IMG/VR virus record: IMGVR_UViG_3300020159_003425
Length of the DNA: 64,000 nt
Origin: an uncultured virus (IMG/VR IMGVR_UViG_3300020159_003425)
Lineage: Duplodnaviria > Heunggongvirae > Uroviricota > Caudoviricetes
Strand: one strand, 5' to 3'
Shown one piece after another: positions 8,702 through 18,273 of this stretch (position 1 is its first letter; every line of letters starts with the position of its first letter). A program made the position numbers and the translations under genes. The notes under the pieces were generated by a model that saw only the letters and a list, made by a program, of their open reading frames with translations, made no database searches and was not told the origin of the DNA.

Positions 8702-9544
8702 ATGCCCCGTGGCGTCCCCAAAGCAGGTTTCCGTATGACCAAGAACCGTATCGCAACTGGTGGTGCACCTAGCGTGCCCCAGACTGTCCAGGCGCCTGTG
8801 GTCGAGTCTCGGTTCACCATCAACCAACGCTTCGGTTTCGTGTCCGACATGGTTATGATGCTTGCACGTGGTGACCAGGCATCTGTCGTGGTGACTGGTC
8901 CTGGTGGTCTTGGCAAGTCTTTCACCGTGACCAAGGCATTGGCTGACATTGGCATGACCGATGTGTCCCTGGTCGATGATTTCGCTGTTGGTTCTACTCT
9001 TAACACCAAGAAGTCCTTCCGTGTTATCAAAGGTTACTCTACGCCTAAAGGTCTGTACCGTACCCTTTATGAGAATCGCGAAGGCGTGATTGTATTTGAT
9101 GACTGTGATTCGGTTCTTAAAGATCCGACCTCTCTTAACCTTCTTAAAGGTGCTCTTGATTCTTATTCGCGCCGTATTATCTCTTGGCGTGCTGATATGC
9201 GTGATGACGAGCTGCCTACGTCCTTTGAATTCAAAGGTCGCGTGGTGTTCATCTCTAACCTTGCATCTACGCAAATTGATCAGGCGATTATCACCCGCTC
9301 CATGGCGGTTGACTTGACCATGACCAATGACCAGAAGATCGAGCGTATGCGTCACCTTCTGGATTCTGGTGAGTTTATGCCTGAGTTCGACATGGTGCAC
9401 AAGGTAGATGCTATGAATCTTATCGATTCTCTCAAAGATTCTGTCAAAGAGCTGTCGCTTCGCACGCTCATTCAGGTAACAAAAATTCGCAAGAGCGCAG
9501 GTAGCAACTGGCGCAACCTTGCAGAATACACCATCTGCGGTTAA
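8702..9544 (+). CDS. AAA+ family P-loop ATPase
   Basis: Walker A GPGGLGKS, Walker B IVFDDCD, sensor-like VVFISN. Confidence 0.85.
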   Translation: MPRGVPKAGFRMTKNRIATGGAPSVPQTVQAPVVESRFTINQRFGFVSDMVMMLARGDQASVVVTGPGGLGKSFTVTKALADIGMTDVSLVDDFAVGSTLNTKKSFRVIKGYSTPKGLYRTLYENREGVIVFDDCDSVLKDPTSLNLLKGALDSYSRRIISWRADMRDDELPTSFEFKGRVVFISNLASTQIDQAIITRSMAVDLTMTNDQKIERMRHLLDSGEFMPEFDMVHKVDAMNLIDSLKDSVKELSLRTLIQVTKIRKSAGSNWRNLAEYTICG

Positions 9545-9545
9545 T

Positions 9546-9782
9546 ATGTACAAATCACTACTGCACAGTCGCCCTTATGCGACATTCGATGCAAACAATA
9601 AGAAACACCGAATAGAATATTATAAGTTTCTTGCGACTAACACTTGGTCAAAATGCCCAGTGCAGTTTATGATTCAAGTACCTTACACGGAATTGCCGCA
9701 TGAGATAAACAATAAATTGGTCAGTTATTATTTCGAAAAAGAATTTGGCAAAAAGAAAGTAGTTGACAATGAATCTATTTGA
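9546..9782 (+). CDS. hypothetical protein
   Basis: ATG at 9546 next to the upstream stop. Confidence 0.7.
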   Translation: MYKSLLHSRPYATFDANNKKHRIEYYKFLATNTWSKCPVQFMIQVPYTELPHEINNKLVSYYFEKEFGKKKVVDNESI

Positions 9783-10236
9783 GAACGGTGAAAGTTTTGT
9801 TATCAACTATGATAAGTTGATTAATTCAAAAAATCTTTTGGCGGTGACACGCAAGCTCGCAATCGATTTGATGGCAAAACCTTACATGACTATTGAGCAA
9901 TTCTTAAGCAATATCTCTGATGGTGATATCACCGTATTGCTTGAAATGTCGGTAGATGATGACGATGAAGATGCTGATCCACTTGATGGCATTGGTGATA
10001 CCGAAAAATATCTAGAGGACTTATTTTTAATTTCCGAAATGTTGGCAACAGCAGAAGGGCTTGACAGTTCGGATGGATATGATACCGTACAGCTTAGAGT
10101 TAGTCAATTGATTGCCTTTCTTGCAGTAGAATCCTTGACAAGAAAAGGTCTTGTTAAATCTTATCCGCAGAACATGTCATTTGGTGAAGACATGGCGAAG
10201 AAAATTATTGCAGAAAGGCTTGATGAAGATGAGTGA
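9769..10236 (+). CDS. hypothetical acidic protein
   Basis: Overlapping, coupled ORF. Confidence 0.75.
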   Translation: MNLFENGESFVINYDKLINSKNLLAVTRKLAIDLMAKPYMTIEQFLSNISDGDITVLLEMSVDDDDEDADPLDGIGDTEKYLEDLFLISEMLATAEGLDSSDGYDTVQLRVSQLIAFLAVESLTRKGLVKSYPQNMSFGEDMAKKIIAERLDEDE

Positions 10237-10426
10237 AGTTATTGTCAAAAGTGATGTGAACAAATACCTTTACAAAGTTCTTGGTAATAATTATATGGTT
10301 GATAGTTGGTGGCACACCGAGAATATTCATTTCGATTTGAATACACCAGAAGAGGTGTACCAATCGGGTGATGCAGGTCGCCAGCGGGTGATTGAATATG
10401 TGCGTAACGCATTTGAAAGGAAATAA
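10229..10426 (+). CDS. MbcA/ParS/Xre antitoxin C-terminal-like protein (DUF2384-like)
   Basis: VLG...V.SWWHTENIHFDLNTPEEV...G...V..YV resembles the toxin-binding domain pattern. Confidence 0.55.
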   Translation: MSEVIVKSDVNKYLYKVLGNNYMVDSWWHTENIHFDLNTPEEVYQSGDAGRQRVIEYVRNAFERK

Positions 10427-10427
10427 A

Positions 10428-10811
10428 ATGGAATATGAACAACAAAAACAACGCGCTGCAACGATGCAAGTGATGCAAGAAAGTAAGATGGCATCTTATG
10501 GTGCAATTCGTGGTGCAGGTTATGCTCAAGATCAAACCCTTAGTAGTCCTTCCGTGACTTTGAATAAAAGTTCTCCTATTGATGCTGATTTGGATGGAAT
10601 GGAGCGAGAGTTGAATGTATTAATTGATAGTCTTGCAATTCTTAGACAACGATTGAATCCTGTACTTTGCGCGGGTTTTGAATTCGCTGAAACGTCTGGT
10701 GAACCTATGCGTGAAGCTTCACCCATTTCGTACCGACTAAATGTTTTCCGTTCTTGCGTAAGAGAAGCAACCAATAGGGTTGACGCTCTTAGAAGTGGGC
10801 TTGAAGTCTAA
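10428..10811 (+). CDS. hypothetical protein
   Basis: ATG at 10428 after gaaagga. Confidence 0.7.
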   Translation: MEYEQQKQRAATMQVMQESKMASYGAIRGAGYAQDQTLSSPSVTLNKSSPIDADLDGMERELNVLIDSLAILRQRLNPVLCAGFEFAETSGEPMREASPISYRLNVFRSCVREATNRVDALRSGLEV

Positions 10812-10959
10812 TGGGCTGGGAATACGAAGTCAATGTTTGGGATTGTCCTATTGGAGGTCCCTACAATTGGCTGCAACTCTATGCGGGTCAAAGCCTGTTC
10901 AAAGCCATCTACAATATGTGGTGGGCTAAACGCCAAGGTTGGAAGTGTATCAAGTTTGA

Positions 10960-11205
10960 ATGGAGACCATCGTGAGTGATAATGAAATTGCATTGTACGG
11001 TAAACCAAAAAAAGATATCATTGACCACATTGAAAATAGTGGCGAATTCAAATCGTATGGTATTCGTGTGGTTCTATCATCTTATCTGGTTGACATTCAA
11101 GAGATGAACGATCATAATGTTTATGGTTCTTATACTGTCAGTATTCGCCAATCATTGAACATTATTAATATGTTGTTGAGTCACTATGACCTTGGTCGGA
11201 GTTAA
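10960..11205 (+). CDS. hypothetical protein
   Basis: ORF in operon orientation; start uncertain. Confidence 0.6.
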   Translation: METIVSDNEIALYGKPKKDIIDHIENSGEFKSYGIRVVLSSYLVDIQEMNDHNVYGSYTVSIRQSLNIINMLLSHYDLGRS

Positions 11206-11207
11206 TT

Positions 11208-11423
11208 ATGAGATTCAAACTTAAAAAGAAACAATACAAAGTAGGCGATCTTAAATCGTTTCACAAGTTCGCTTGGTTTCCAATTAAAGTGGAAGATAGT
11301 ATCGTCTGGTTAGAAAGTTACACTTCAATGTGTGAACGTAAAACCTATATGAAGAACTTAACTTTTGAAGAAGTCGGAAAATGGGTTGAATATGACCGCA
11401 GGCTTCGCGATTATTATTATTAA
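11208..11423 (+). CDS. hypothetical protein (KFAWFP family)
   Basis: RBS ggag. Confidence 0.7.
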   Translation: MRFKLKKKQYKVGDLKSFHKFAWFPIKVEDSIVWLESYTSMCERKTYMKNLTFEEVGKWVEYDRRLRDYYY

Positions 11424-11432
11424 GGATAAACT

Positions 11433-11681
11433 ATGAGTTTTGAAGAAGACCGTGTTAAACGTAATAGGCGCATTCAATACAAACAAAATGCAATCAAGAA
11501 ACAAACCAAGATTGCTAAGAGTAATGGTCTAGATGTAACACAACCACACAAATTTGCAAAACACCACGCAATGGACTGTGGTAATCCTAAATGTATGTTG
11601 TGTGGTAATCCTAGAAAACTATATAAAGAACCTACAATTCAAGAAGAGTCCTTTAAACAAACGGAATCCTGGGATGAATGA
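11433..11681 (+). CDS. basic Cys-motif protein (CGNPKCMLCGNPRK)
   Basis: RBS aagga. Confidence 0.75.
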   Translation: MSFEEDRVKRNRRIQYKQNAIKKQTKIAKSNGLDVTQPHKFAKHHAMDCGNPKCMLCGNPRKLYKEPTIQEESFKQTESWDE

Positions 11682-11684
11682 TGC

Positions 11685-11713
11685 TTGCCAACCACATCTG
11701 GTTGGTATATAAT
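11685..11713 (+). promoter_or_regulatory. sigma70-type promoter TTGCCA-N17-TATAAT
   Basis: Intergenic, upstream of the CobS-like gene. Confidence 0.7.
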
Positions 11714-11741
11714 TGATACACATTACATTATGGAGATTTAA

Positions 11742-12893
11742 ATGAATTTCAACAAGAATCAACTTGCTTTTATCAAGGCGGCAGAAAACATCTTTGGCGT
11801 TGGTTGCATTATGACGCGAGATGGCATTCAGCATGTTGTTGATGAAACTGGTGCACCTTTTCCCTACTGGTTCGTGACCAAATCGGAGTTCCGTGCTGAA
11901 CGTGGTCGTTACAAACTGCCTGACATTGGCAGCAAATTCAAAACGAAAGAAGTTCAACCTGAACCTGAAGCTGAAATGGCACTCTCTGCTCAGGTGCTGA
12001 CATTCAAACAACCCAAACTGATTGATGAATCTGATGTTTCTATCCCTAAGAAATATCCCGATTACGTGCCTTTTGGTTTTTTCAAAGACTTGCGAAACAT
12101 TGTTAAGTCTTCTCAATTCTATCCTATCTTCATCACTGGTCTATCCGGTAACGGCAAGACTTTGATGGTTGAACAGGTCTGTGCGGATCTAAACCGTGAA
12201 TGTATCCGCGTTAACATTTCGATTGAAACTGATGAATCTGATCTTCTTGGTGGTCCTACCCTTGTTAATGGTAACGTTGTCAACCGTGATGGTCCTGTTA
12301 TCACCGCGATGAAACGTGGTGCAGTTCTACTGATTGACGAAGTTGATCGTGGTTCGAATAAACTGATGTGTCTGCAAGGCATTCTTGAAGGTAAACCCTA
12401 CTACAACAAGAAGAACGGCGAGATGGTTTATCCTGCTGAAGGCTTCAACGTTGTTGCTACTGCAAACACCAAAGGTCGTGGTTCTGAAGAAGGTCGTTAC
12501 CTGTCTCAGATTCTTGACGATGCATTCCTTGAACGTTTCCCGATTACTGTCGAACAGGAATATCCTGACGCAAAGACTGAAAAGAAAATTCTTTCTCCTC
12601 TTATTGAAGATAAAGATTTTGTTGAGAATCTGGTTCAATGGGCTGACGTTGTTCGCCAGTCCTTTGATCAAGGTGCTGTTGATGAAGTCATTTCGACACG
12701 GCGCCTTGTGCATATCGCCAAAGCATTCAAAATCTTTGGTGATCGTATGAAAGCAATTGAATTGTGCGTCAGTCGATTCGATACTGAAACCAAATTGGCT
12801 TTCATGGACTTGTACTCTAAAGTTGATGCCAAAGTAGAGGCGCCTCAACAAGGTGCTGTTGGGGCTAATACGTCTGAAGAAATTCCCTTCTGA
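11742..12893 (+). CDS. cobS: CobS/MoxR-like AAA+ ATPase (CbbQ/NirQ/NorQ-type C-terminus)
   Basis: Walker A GLSGNGKT, Walker B LLIDEVD, ATANTKGRG, LDDAFLERF, ISTRRLV; typical of T4-like aquatic phages. Confidence 0.85.
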   Translation: MNFNKNQLAFIKAAENIFGVGCIMTRDGIQHVVDETGAPFPYWFVTKSEFRAERGRYKLPDIGSKFKTKEVQPEPEAEMALSAQVLTFKQPKLIDESDVSIPKKYPDYVPFGFFKDLRNIVKSSQFYPIFITGLSGNGKTLMVEQVCADLNRECIRVNISIETDESDLLGGPTLVNGNVVNRDGPVITAMKRGAVLLIDEVDRGSNKLMCLQGILEGKPYYNKKNGEMVYPAEGFNVVATANTKGRGSEEGRYLSQILDDAFLERFPITVEQEYPDAKTEKKILSPLIEDKDFVENLVQWADVVRQSFDQGAVDEVISTRRLVHIAKAFKIFGDRMKAIELCVSRFDTETKLAFMDLYSKVDAKVEAPQQGAVGANTSEEIPF

Positions 12894-12929
12894 TGTTTTT
12901 TTATAATGTTAATTTGAAAAGGAAATTAT

Positions 12930-13256
12930 ATGACTAACACCGTTCGTAAAGGCAAACAAAATCGCCATGAGAAAATCACCGTCACTTTGCTGTCAGGCAA
13001 ACCTGTGACGCCTGATGAAATCAAAGCCGTGTTCAAAGGCACGGATCAGGAATCGGTTCTGTACCGACTGCCGACCAACATCTACAACATTCGTAAGGAT
13101 GGTGGCATTATCAAGGTGCATAAGAGTGGGCGTAACGTCACCGCATATCAACTTGTCAACTACACCGAGTTTAATGCAAATGGTCGTTATGTTGGACTCA
13201 CCCAACCTGTTGCCATCCAAGAAGTTGTTGAACAGATTGCCGTAACCAATGAATGA
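12930..13256 (+). CDS. hypothetical protein, possible winged HTH
   Basis: LLSGKPVTPDEIK...IYNIRKDGGII pattern; RBS aaagga. Confidence 0.7.
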   Translation: MTNTVRKGKQNRHEKITVTLLSGKPVTPDEIKAVFKGTDQESVLYRLPTNIYNIRKDGGIIKVHKSGRNVTAYQLVNYTEFNANGRYVGLTQPVAIQEVVEQIAVTNE

Positions 13257-13482
13257 TTGGGACAAAGACAATCTACATTTTCTTCTGACTGTCAGTTCAG
13301 AAGTTTTTGAAGATTGGCTCGCACAAGCCGATGAAGACGATATTGAATATGCAATGGAGTTGATTCAACAGGCAAAGTCTGAGTTGATTCTTCAGAAGAT
13401 GGAAATTTTAGATGATGTTGAAGATACAACCGATGCAAAGTCCATCTTACAAAAAATAAGAGATAGAAAGCTTGACAGGTAA
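13249..13482 (+). CDS. hypothetical acidic protein
   Basis: Overlapping coupled ORF. Confidence 0.75.
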   Translation: MNDWDKDNLHFLLTVSSEVFEDWLAQADEDDIEYAMELIQQAKSELILQKMEILDDVEDTTDAKSILQKIRDRKLDR

Positions 13483-13500
13483 TACCGGTTCTGATATAAT
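13472..13500 (+). promoter_or_regulatory. consensus sigma70 promoter TTGACA-N17-TATAAT
   Basis: ttgaca ggtaataccggttctga tataat. Confidence 0.85.
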
Positions 13501-13522
13501 GGTACAATACAAGGAGTAAAAT

Positions 13523-14374
13523 ATGAAAATCGCAATTTGTTCAGACTTGCATCTTGAGTTTGGTACCATTAGTCTCGAAAACACCGAAAATGCCGATGTG
13601 TTGATTTTGTCTGGTGATATCTGTGTTGAAAATGACTTGCTTGAAAGAGATACTTATGAAATTCGGTTTGATGACAAATCTTCTAGAATTCATACATTCT
13701 TCCAAGAATGCTGTACAAGATTTTCTTCCGTTGTATACATCGTGGGAAACCATGAACATTACCACGGTGATTATGCTGTCACTATTGGAAATCTGCGTTC
13801 TCGCCTTTCTTATCTCTCTAATCTTTATCTACTAGATAAACAAGTGATGAAGGTTGATGATGTAACTTTTATTGGTGGTACTCTTTGGACAGATATGAAC
13901 AAGGAAGATCCCAACACTTTGTATTCAATCAAAGGTTATATGAATGATTATCGAATCATCAAAAATTCGAATTCACTGGTTACTTTTAAAGATGCAGAAG
14001 GAAAATTTCACACACGAACAGGAAAATTCTCACCAGAAGATTCTGTAGAAGATCACAAGGCAATGTTGAAATTTATTTCTGAAGTTGTTGATAATAACAC
14101 ACAAGATAAATTTGTGGTTGTTGGTCACCATTCTCCAAGTAAAATATCAACGAAGCCCCAATATGAGAACGATGTTATGGTGAATGGTGCATATAGTTCG
14201 GACTTGTCTGAATTCATCCTTGATCGACCACAAATCAAACTTTGGACTCATGGGCATACACACCATGAATTTGACTATATGATTGGTGGTACACGTATTG
14301 TTTGCAATCCTCGTGGTTATATTAACTATGAAGTGCAAGCAGATGACTTTAAATTAAAATTTGTTGAGGTATAA
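13523..14374 (+). CDS. calcineurin-like metallophosphoesterase
   Basis: SDLH, GD, GNHE, HH, HGHTH motifs. Confidence 0.92.
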   Translation: MKIAICSDLHLEFGTISLENTENADVLILSGDICVENDLLERDTYEIRFDDKSSRIHTFFQECCTRFSSVVYIVGNHEHYHGDYAVTIGNLRSRLSYLSNLYLLDKQVMKVDDVTFIGGTLWTDMNKEDPNTLYSIKGYMNDYRIIKNSNSLVTFKDAEGKFHTRTGKFSPEDSVEDHKAMLKFISEVVDNNTQDKFVVVGHHSPSKISTKPQYENDVMVNGAYSSDLSEFILDRPQIKLWTHGHTHHEFDYMIGGTRIVCNPRGYINYEVQADDFKLKFVEV

Positions 14375-14375
14375 T

Positions 14376-14687
14376 ATGGAAAAGAAACTATACATGGTAG
14401 AGACTGTTTCGATTTTTCGAATGCGTTATGTTGTCGAAGCACATGAAGCTTCACATGCTAATGATGAAGTGGTGATGAAACTCGGTGAAAGTACTGTTGA
14501 TTTTTCGGAGTTCTCACAAAAACATGTTGATGAATTGATCACTTCTACTCGGGAAATTTCTGTTGAAGAATATTTGAAAATGTTCGATGAAGAGAATGAC
14601 TACCTAAGTAAGTGGAACATTCCTCAAAAGATGCAATACATTCACAGCATTGATTATAAAGATGATAAAGATTCTAGTAACTGGTAG
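14376..14687 (+). CDS. hypothetical protein
   Basis: ATG at 14376 after gagg. Confidence 0.75.
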   Translation: MEKKLYMVETVSIFRMRYVVEAHEASHANDEVVMKLGESTVDFSEFSQKHVDELITSTREISVEEYLKMFDEENDYLSKWNIPQKMQYIHSIDYKDDKDSSNW

Positions 14688-15498
14688 TTCTGGCTATATT
14701 GGGCGACACCTCTGCCAAACATTGAAAGAACATTTCGTTGTTGGTTTGGACAAGGTGCACCGCCCACAAATGGCAGAACGATTGATTCTACAAGATATCA
14801 ACGACCATGCACCCATTTGGCATCCAGATGGTGGTTATGATGTTGTTGTACACTTGGCTGCACACGTTAATGTTGAACAATCAACGAAATGTCCCATGCA
14901 GTATTTTCGAAACAATATTAGTGGCACCATGTCGATGTTGGAAAATATTGATTACAAACATTTCATTTTTGCATCGACAGGCGCAGCGGCAAATCCAACA
15001 AGCCCGTATGCAACGTCTAAGTTGGCTGCCGAAAGTATTGTCAGAGAGTTTTGTGGATTGAATGATAAGAAGTCTACGATCTTTCGTTTTTATAATGTTG
15101 TTGGTTCTGCTGGTTATGAACCAACTAATGTTGATGGTCTGATGTATAACTTGATGAAAGCGAGGCAAACCGGTGAGTTTAATTTATTCGGTACTGACTA
15201 CCCTACACCTGATGGCACCTGTGTTCGTGATTACCTACACGTATTGGAAGTATGTAGTGCCATCAAACTTAGAATTGAAGAGCCTAATGAAGAGTTCCGT
15301 TTTCGATTGGAAAATCTAGGATCAGGCACAGGTTATTCTGTTAAACAAATGATTGAAACCTTTAAACGGGTTAATGATTGTGACTTCAATGTCAACAATT
15401 TACCTCGGCGCCAAGGTGATTTACCGGAATCCGTCCTCAAGGATGTCTCGCCATATATGCATTATTTGTATAAAATAGAAGACATGATGAAAGTTTAA
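14662..15498 (+). CDS. NAD-dependent epimerase/dehydratase, UDP-glucose 4-epimerase-like
   Basis: GSSGYIG, YATSK, RFYNVVG, DYPTPDGTCVRDYLHV, RRQGD. Confidence 0.9.
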   Translation: MIKILVTGSSGYIGRHLCQTLKEHFVVGLDKVHRPQMAERLILQDINDHAPIWHPDGGYDVVVHLAAHVNVEQSTKCPMQYFRNNISGTMSMLENIDYKHFIFASTGAAANPTSPYATSKLAAESIVREFCGLNDKKSTIFRFYNVVGSAGYEPTNVDGLMYNLMKARQTGEFNLFGTDYPTPDGTCVRDYLHVLEVCSAIKLRIEEPNEEFRFRLENLGSGTGYSVKQMIETFKRVNDCDFNVNNLPRRQGDLPESVLKDVSPYMHYLYKIEDMMKV

Positions 15499-15500
15499 TT

Positions 15501-16169
15501 ATGAAAGTATACATCTCCAATTATCGCAATCACTGGATTTCTCCATACACTGTGTTGGAGAAGGTATTCTTTTGGCGTGAGATTGATTACGATGAACCTC
15601 TGATCGACAAACTGTCAAACATTTTGAATCCTATTAGTATTGGATTGCAAAAGTTTCTAGACTTTGTTCATCCTAGAATTCAATATGTGAAGATCGATCA
15701 CTATGACACATGGAACATGGACTCCATGTTGTCACCTATCATTCTTCCTATGTTGAAGCAATTGAACGCAACCAAACATGGTTCAGGTTATATTGATCTA
15801 GAAGATGTGCCAGAAAATCTGCGTTACACAAACACAGAAGACTATGATGCACAAGAGACATTTGATTTCTACAAAGACGAATCTACGGAGAAAATTGAAT
15901 GTGACATTCATACCCGTTATGATTGGGTTCTGAATGAAATGATTTGGGCTTTCGAACAACTGAATGATGGAAATTGGGAAGATCAATATTGGATCAGATC
16001 ACCAGAGATTGATTTCACCAAACATCCAGAAGATGAAGGTAAAGAAGTTACTCCCGTTCGTTGGAAAGTTCAAGGTGAATGTGACTGGGAAGGTCGCAAC
16101 AAACACCAAGAACGTATCAACAATGGATTGAGACTGTTTGGTAAGTACTATCAGACTCTATGGGACTGA
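15501..16169 (+). CDS. conserved phage hypothetical protein
   Basis: 222-aa ORF ending GLRLFGKYYQTLWD. Confidence 0.8.
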   Translation: MKVYISNYRNHWISPYTVLEKVFFWREIDYDEPLIDKLSNILNPISIGLQKFLDFVHPRIQYVKIDHYDTWNMDSMLSPIILPMLKQLNATKHGSGYIDLEDVPENLRYTNTEDYDAQETFDFYKDESTEKIECDIHTRYDWVLNEMIWAFEQLNDGNWEDQYWIRSPEIDFTKHPEDEGKEVTPVRWKVQGECDWEGRNKHQERINNGLRLFGKYYQTLWD

Positions 16170-16172
16170 TTT

Positions 16173-16412
16173 ATGTTTTCTTTGTTACACTACATTTCAG
16201 CATCACGTAGGCTGAAGGAATCCGAGAAAACTATCTATATGATGGGTGGTAGAGAAGAGTGTGATGCCATGATTCTCGCTCAAAATGAAATGATCAAGTT
16301 GGAAAGGGACTACTACAAAGAAGAATCAATAAAACTTGGATTTTATTTGGCTGTGTTTTCGTTGGTTGGATTGTTTGTTGTTACATTTTTTATGAAGGTG
16401 ATTTATGTTTAA
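16173..16412 (+). CDS. hypothetical membrane protein
   Basis: C-terminal hydrophobic helix. Confidence 0.65.
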   Translation: MFSLLHYISASRRLKESEKTIYMMGGREECDAMILAQNEMIKLERDYYKEESIKLGFYLAVFSLVGLFVVTFFMKVIYV

Positions 16413-16656
16413 GAAATTTTATGATTGGTTTTTGATGAATGTGGGTTCTTGGGCCATTACAATTTTCATCCTTACCTCAATTGTTGTCGTTTATCAAAGT
16501 TTTTCTCATACACCAAATACTGTGGAGTATAAAGACTTTAAAGACGGCATTCAGAATCACCTTGTTTGGTCCATTAAAGGTGAATGTTTCTTTGTTCGAC
16601 CACAGACAGAGTTGACAGTACATTTAGTTCGTGTGGCAGATTGTGATAAAAAATAA
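16405..16656 (+). CDS. hypothetical membrane-anchored protein
   Basis: N-terminal hydrophobic helix. Confidence 0.65.
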   Translation: MFKKFYDWFLMNVGSWAITIFILTSIVVVYQSFSHTPNTVEYKDFKDGIQNHLVWSIKGECFFVRPQTELTVHLVRVADCDKK

Positions 16657-16665
16657 GGAGAAGTT

Positions 16666-16998
16666 ATGAGTTTGTTTGTTGAAGTTAATTCGATTGAAAA
16701 AGGTTGTCCAGTTATCATTAACTTGGATCACATCGTTGAGATTGCACCTCTGATTGATGGTGGTTGCGCTCTGTTTATGATTGATAATGCTGGCATGAAT
16801 TCGAAATCTGCTCTGCGTGTTTCGGATAATTATGATCAGTTCAAGCAATTCGCAATGCAGACTGTAACTGCTGAAGACATTGCTGCCCGGTTTCCTAAGA
16901 CTAAGAAAGAACCTGCACCTATTGCAGACTTGAAGGTGCCTGAACCCAAGGTCAATCCTAGAATCCCTAAAGCCGATATTGAAATTCCTAAACTTTGA
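16666..16998 (+). CDS. hypothetical protein
   Basis: Strong RBS aaggag. Confidence 0.8.
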   Translation: MSLFVEVNSIEKGCPVIINLDHIVEIAPLIDGGCALFMIDNAGMNSKSALRVSDNYDQFKQFAMQTVTAEDIAARFPKTKKEPAPIADLKVPEPKVNPRIPKADIEIPKL

Positions 16999-17007
16999 GA
17001 TAAATAG

Positions 17008-17295
17008 ATGATAGAGCTTTTTAAACCAACCTTTGATTGGATCAAAGATGACTTTGCCTCTCATCCTTTTCGCTTTTGTGTCGAGCTTCTTGCTTGGGCT
17101 ATCAGCATTGGTTGCTCTATCACTATGGCAGTTACCGTCCCGAACCCTCCTCTTATTACTCTTTATCCAATTTGGATCTTGGGTTGTAGCCTGTACGCTT
17201 GGGCTGCTTTTACTCGCAAGAGTTTTGGGATGCTTGCTAACTACTTACTGTTGACGACAATCGACACAGTAGGTTTAATTAGAATGTTAACGTAA
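17008..17295 (+). CDS. small multi-pass membrane protein
   Basis: About three hydrophobic segments; late-promoter-like gataaata just upstream. Confidence 0.75.
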   Translation: MIELFKPTFDWIKDDFASHPFRFCVELLAWAISIGCSITMAVTVPNPPLITLYPIWILGCSLYAWAAFTRKSFGMLANYLLLTTIDTVGLIRMLT

Positions 17296-17474
17296 TGTCT
17301 CCAAGATTAAATCTAGTACTATTATCGTTGTTAGGATCCCACGAACTGGTAATGCAGTGGTGGGAATCCAAAAACAAAGCTTTCGATAACGAAACTCCTA
17401 GTGACATGTTTGCCAAAGACCCACAAAGAGTGATACAATACATTAAAGGTCAACTTAATTCCGATTACAGTTAA
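17295..17474 (+). CDS. second MbcA/ParS/Xre antitoxin C-terminal-like protein (59 aa)
   Basis: Hand translation MSPRLNLVLLSLLGSHELVMQWWESKNKAFDNETPSDMFAKDPQRVIQYIKGQLNSDYS; absent from the ORF track. Confidence 0.55.
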   Translation: MSPRLNLVLLSLLGSHELVMQWWESKNKAFDNETPSDMFAKDPQRVIQYIKGQLNSDYS

Positions 17475-17645
17475 AATGCCATATATCACCTATTTGATTT
17501 ACATCATTTTCTGGGAACTACTAATCTTTGGTGGTACAGGTTATGCGGTTTTTGTTTTGGACCATAGTGGTTGGTGGTTTCTACTTGCCACCTTTCTTGG
17601 TGCAGCTGCATACAGCCCAAAGAAATGGATTCACGGACAAGAATA

Positions 17646-17795
17646 ATGTGGCGACTTTGGGCTAAGGCAATTGGTGAGAAACACGGTAAAACCGACAATG
17701 AATCCGATAAAATCGCTTTCATTCGGACAATTATTGTTTTATCATACCTGATCACAAACTGTTTTATTATTGCAGGCGTTATTCGCCATTGGTGA
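17646..17795 (+). CDS. small membrane protein (MWRLWAKAIG...IAGVIRHW)
   Basis: Motif common in aquatic T4-like phages. Confidence 0.7.
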   Translation: MWRLWAKAIGEKHGKTDNESDKIAFIRTIIVLSYLITNCFIIAGVIRHW

Positions 17796-17799
17796 ACCT

Positions 17800-18105
17800 A
17801 TGTTTAGAACAACTATTTCTTATATGTTTCCGCAGCATCCAAAAAACAAATTCAAATATTGTTTTGAAATGCGAAACTACGGTGGCAATGAAAGGTCTGA
17901 ACTGGAATCCTGGTGTTTGGCTGATCCAGAAAATCGCCGTTGGGGTAACATGGGTTACGTTGAATGTCAAAAAGATGAGGACGCCATCGAATTCATCAAT
18001 ACATGGGGTATCAACTGGAAACTTAAATCCAAAAATGAAAAACCTTTGGAAAAAGAAATGGTTGCCAAACTAAGTTATAGTCGTGTAGGATTGAAAAATG
18101 TATGA
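17800..18105 (+). CDS. hypothetical protein
   Basis: ATG at 17800. Confidence 0.65.
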   Translation: MFRTTISYMFPQHPKNKFKYCFEMRNYGGNERSELESWCLADPENRRWGNMGYVECQKDEDAIEFINTWGINWKLKSKNEKPLEKEMVAKLSYSRVGLKNV

Positions 18106-18273
18106 ATCACTTCCAATGAAAACCATCAACACAACTGATGGTACGCCATATATTTCACTAATTGACGAAGGTGAAACTTTCTCAATTCAATTGCATCGTT
18201 ATAGTCGTGTTGTTGTTAATTTGGATAAAAAAGTTATTCCTGAAATGATTGAACATTTGAAGAATCTGAAGAA

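Noticed and set aside
8660..9553. 297-aa minus-strand ORF
   Set aside because: Antisense shadow of the AAA+ ATPase; no motifs or RBS.
11742..12893. Cobalamin biosynthesis role for cobS
   Set aside because: No other cob genes in the window; phage CobS-like proteins are MoxR-type ATPases of unproven metabolic role.
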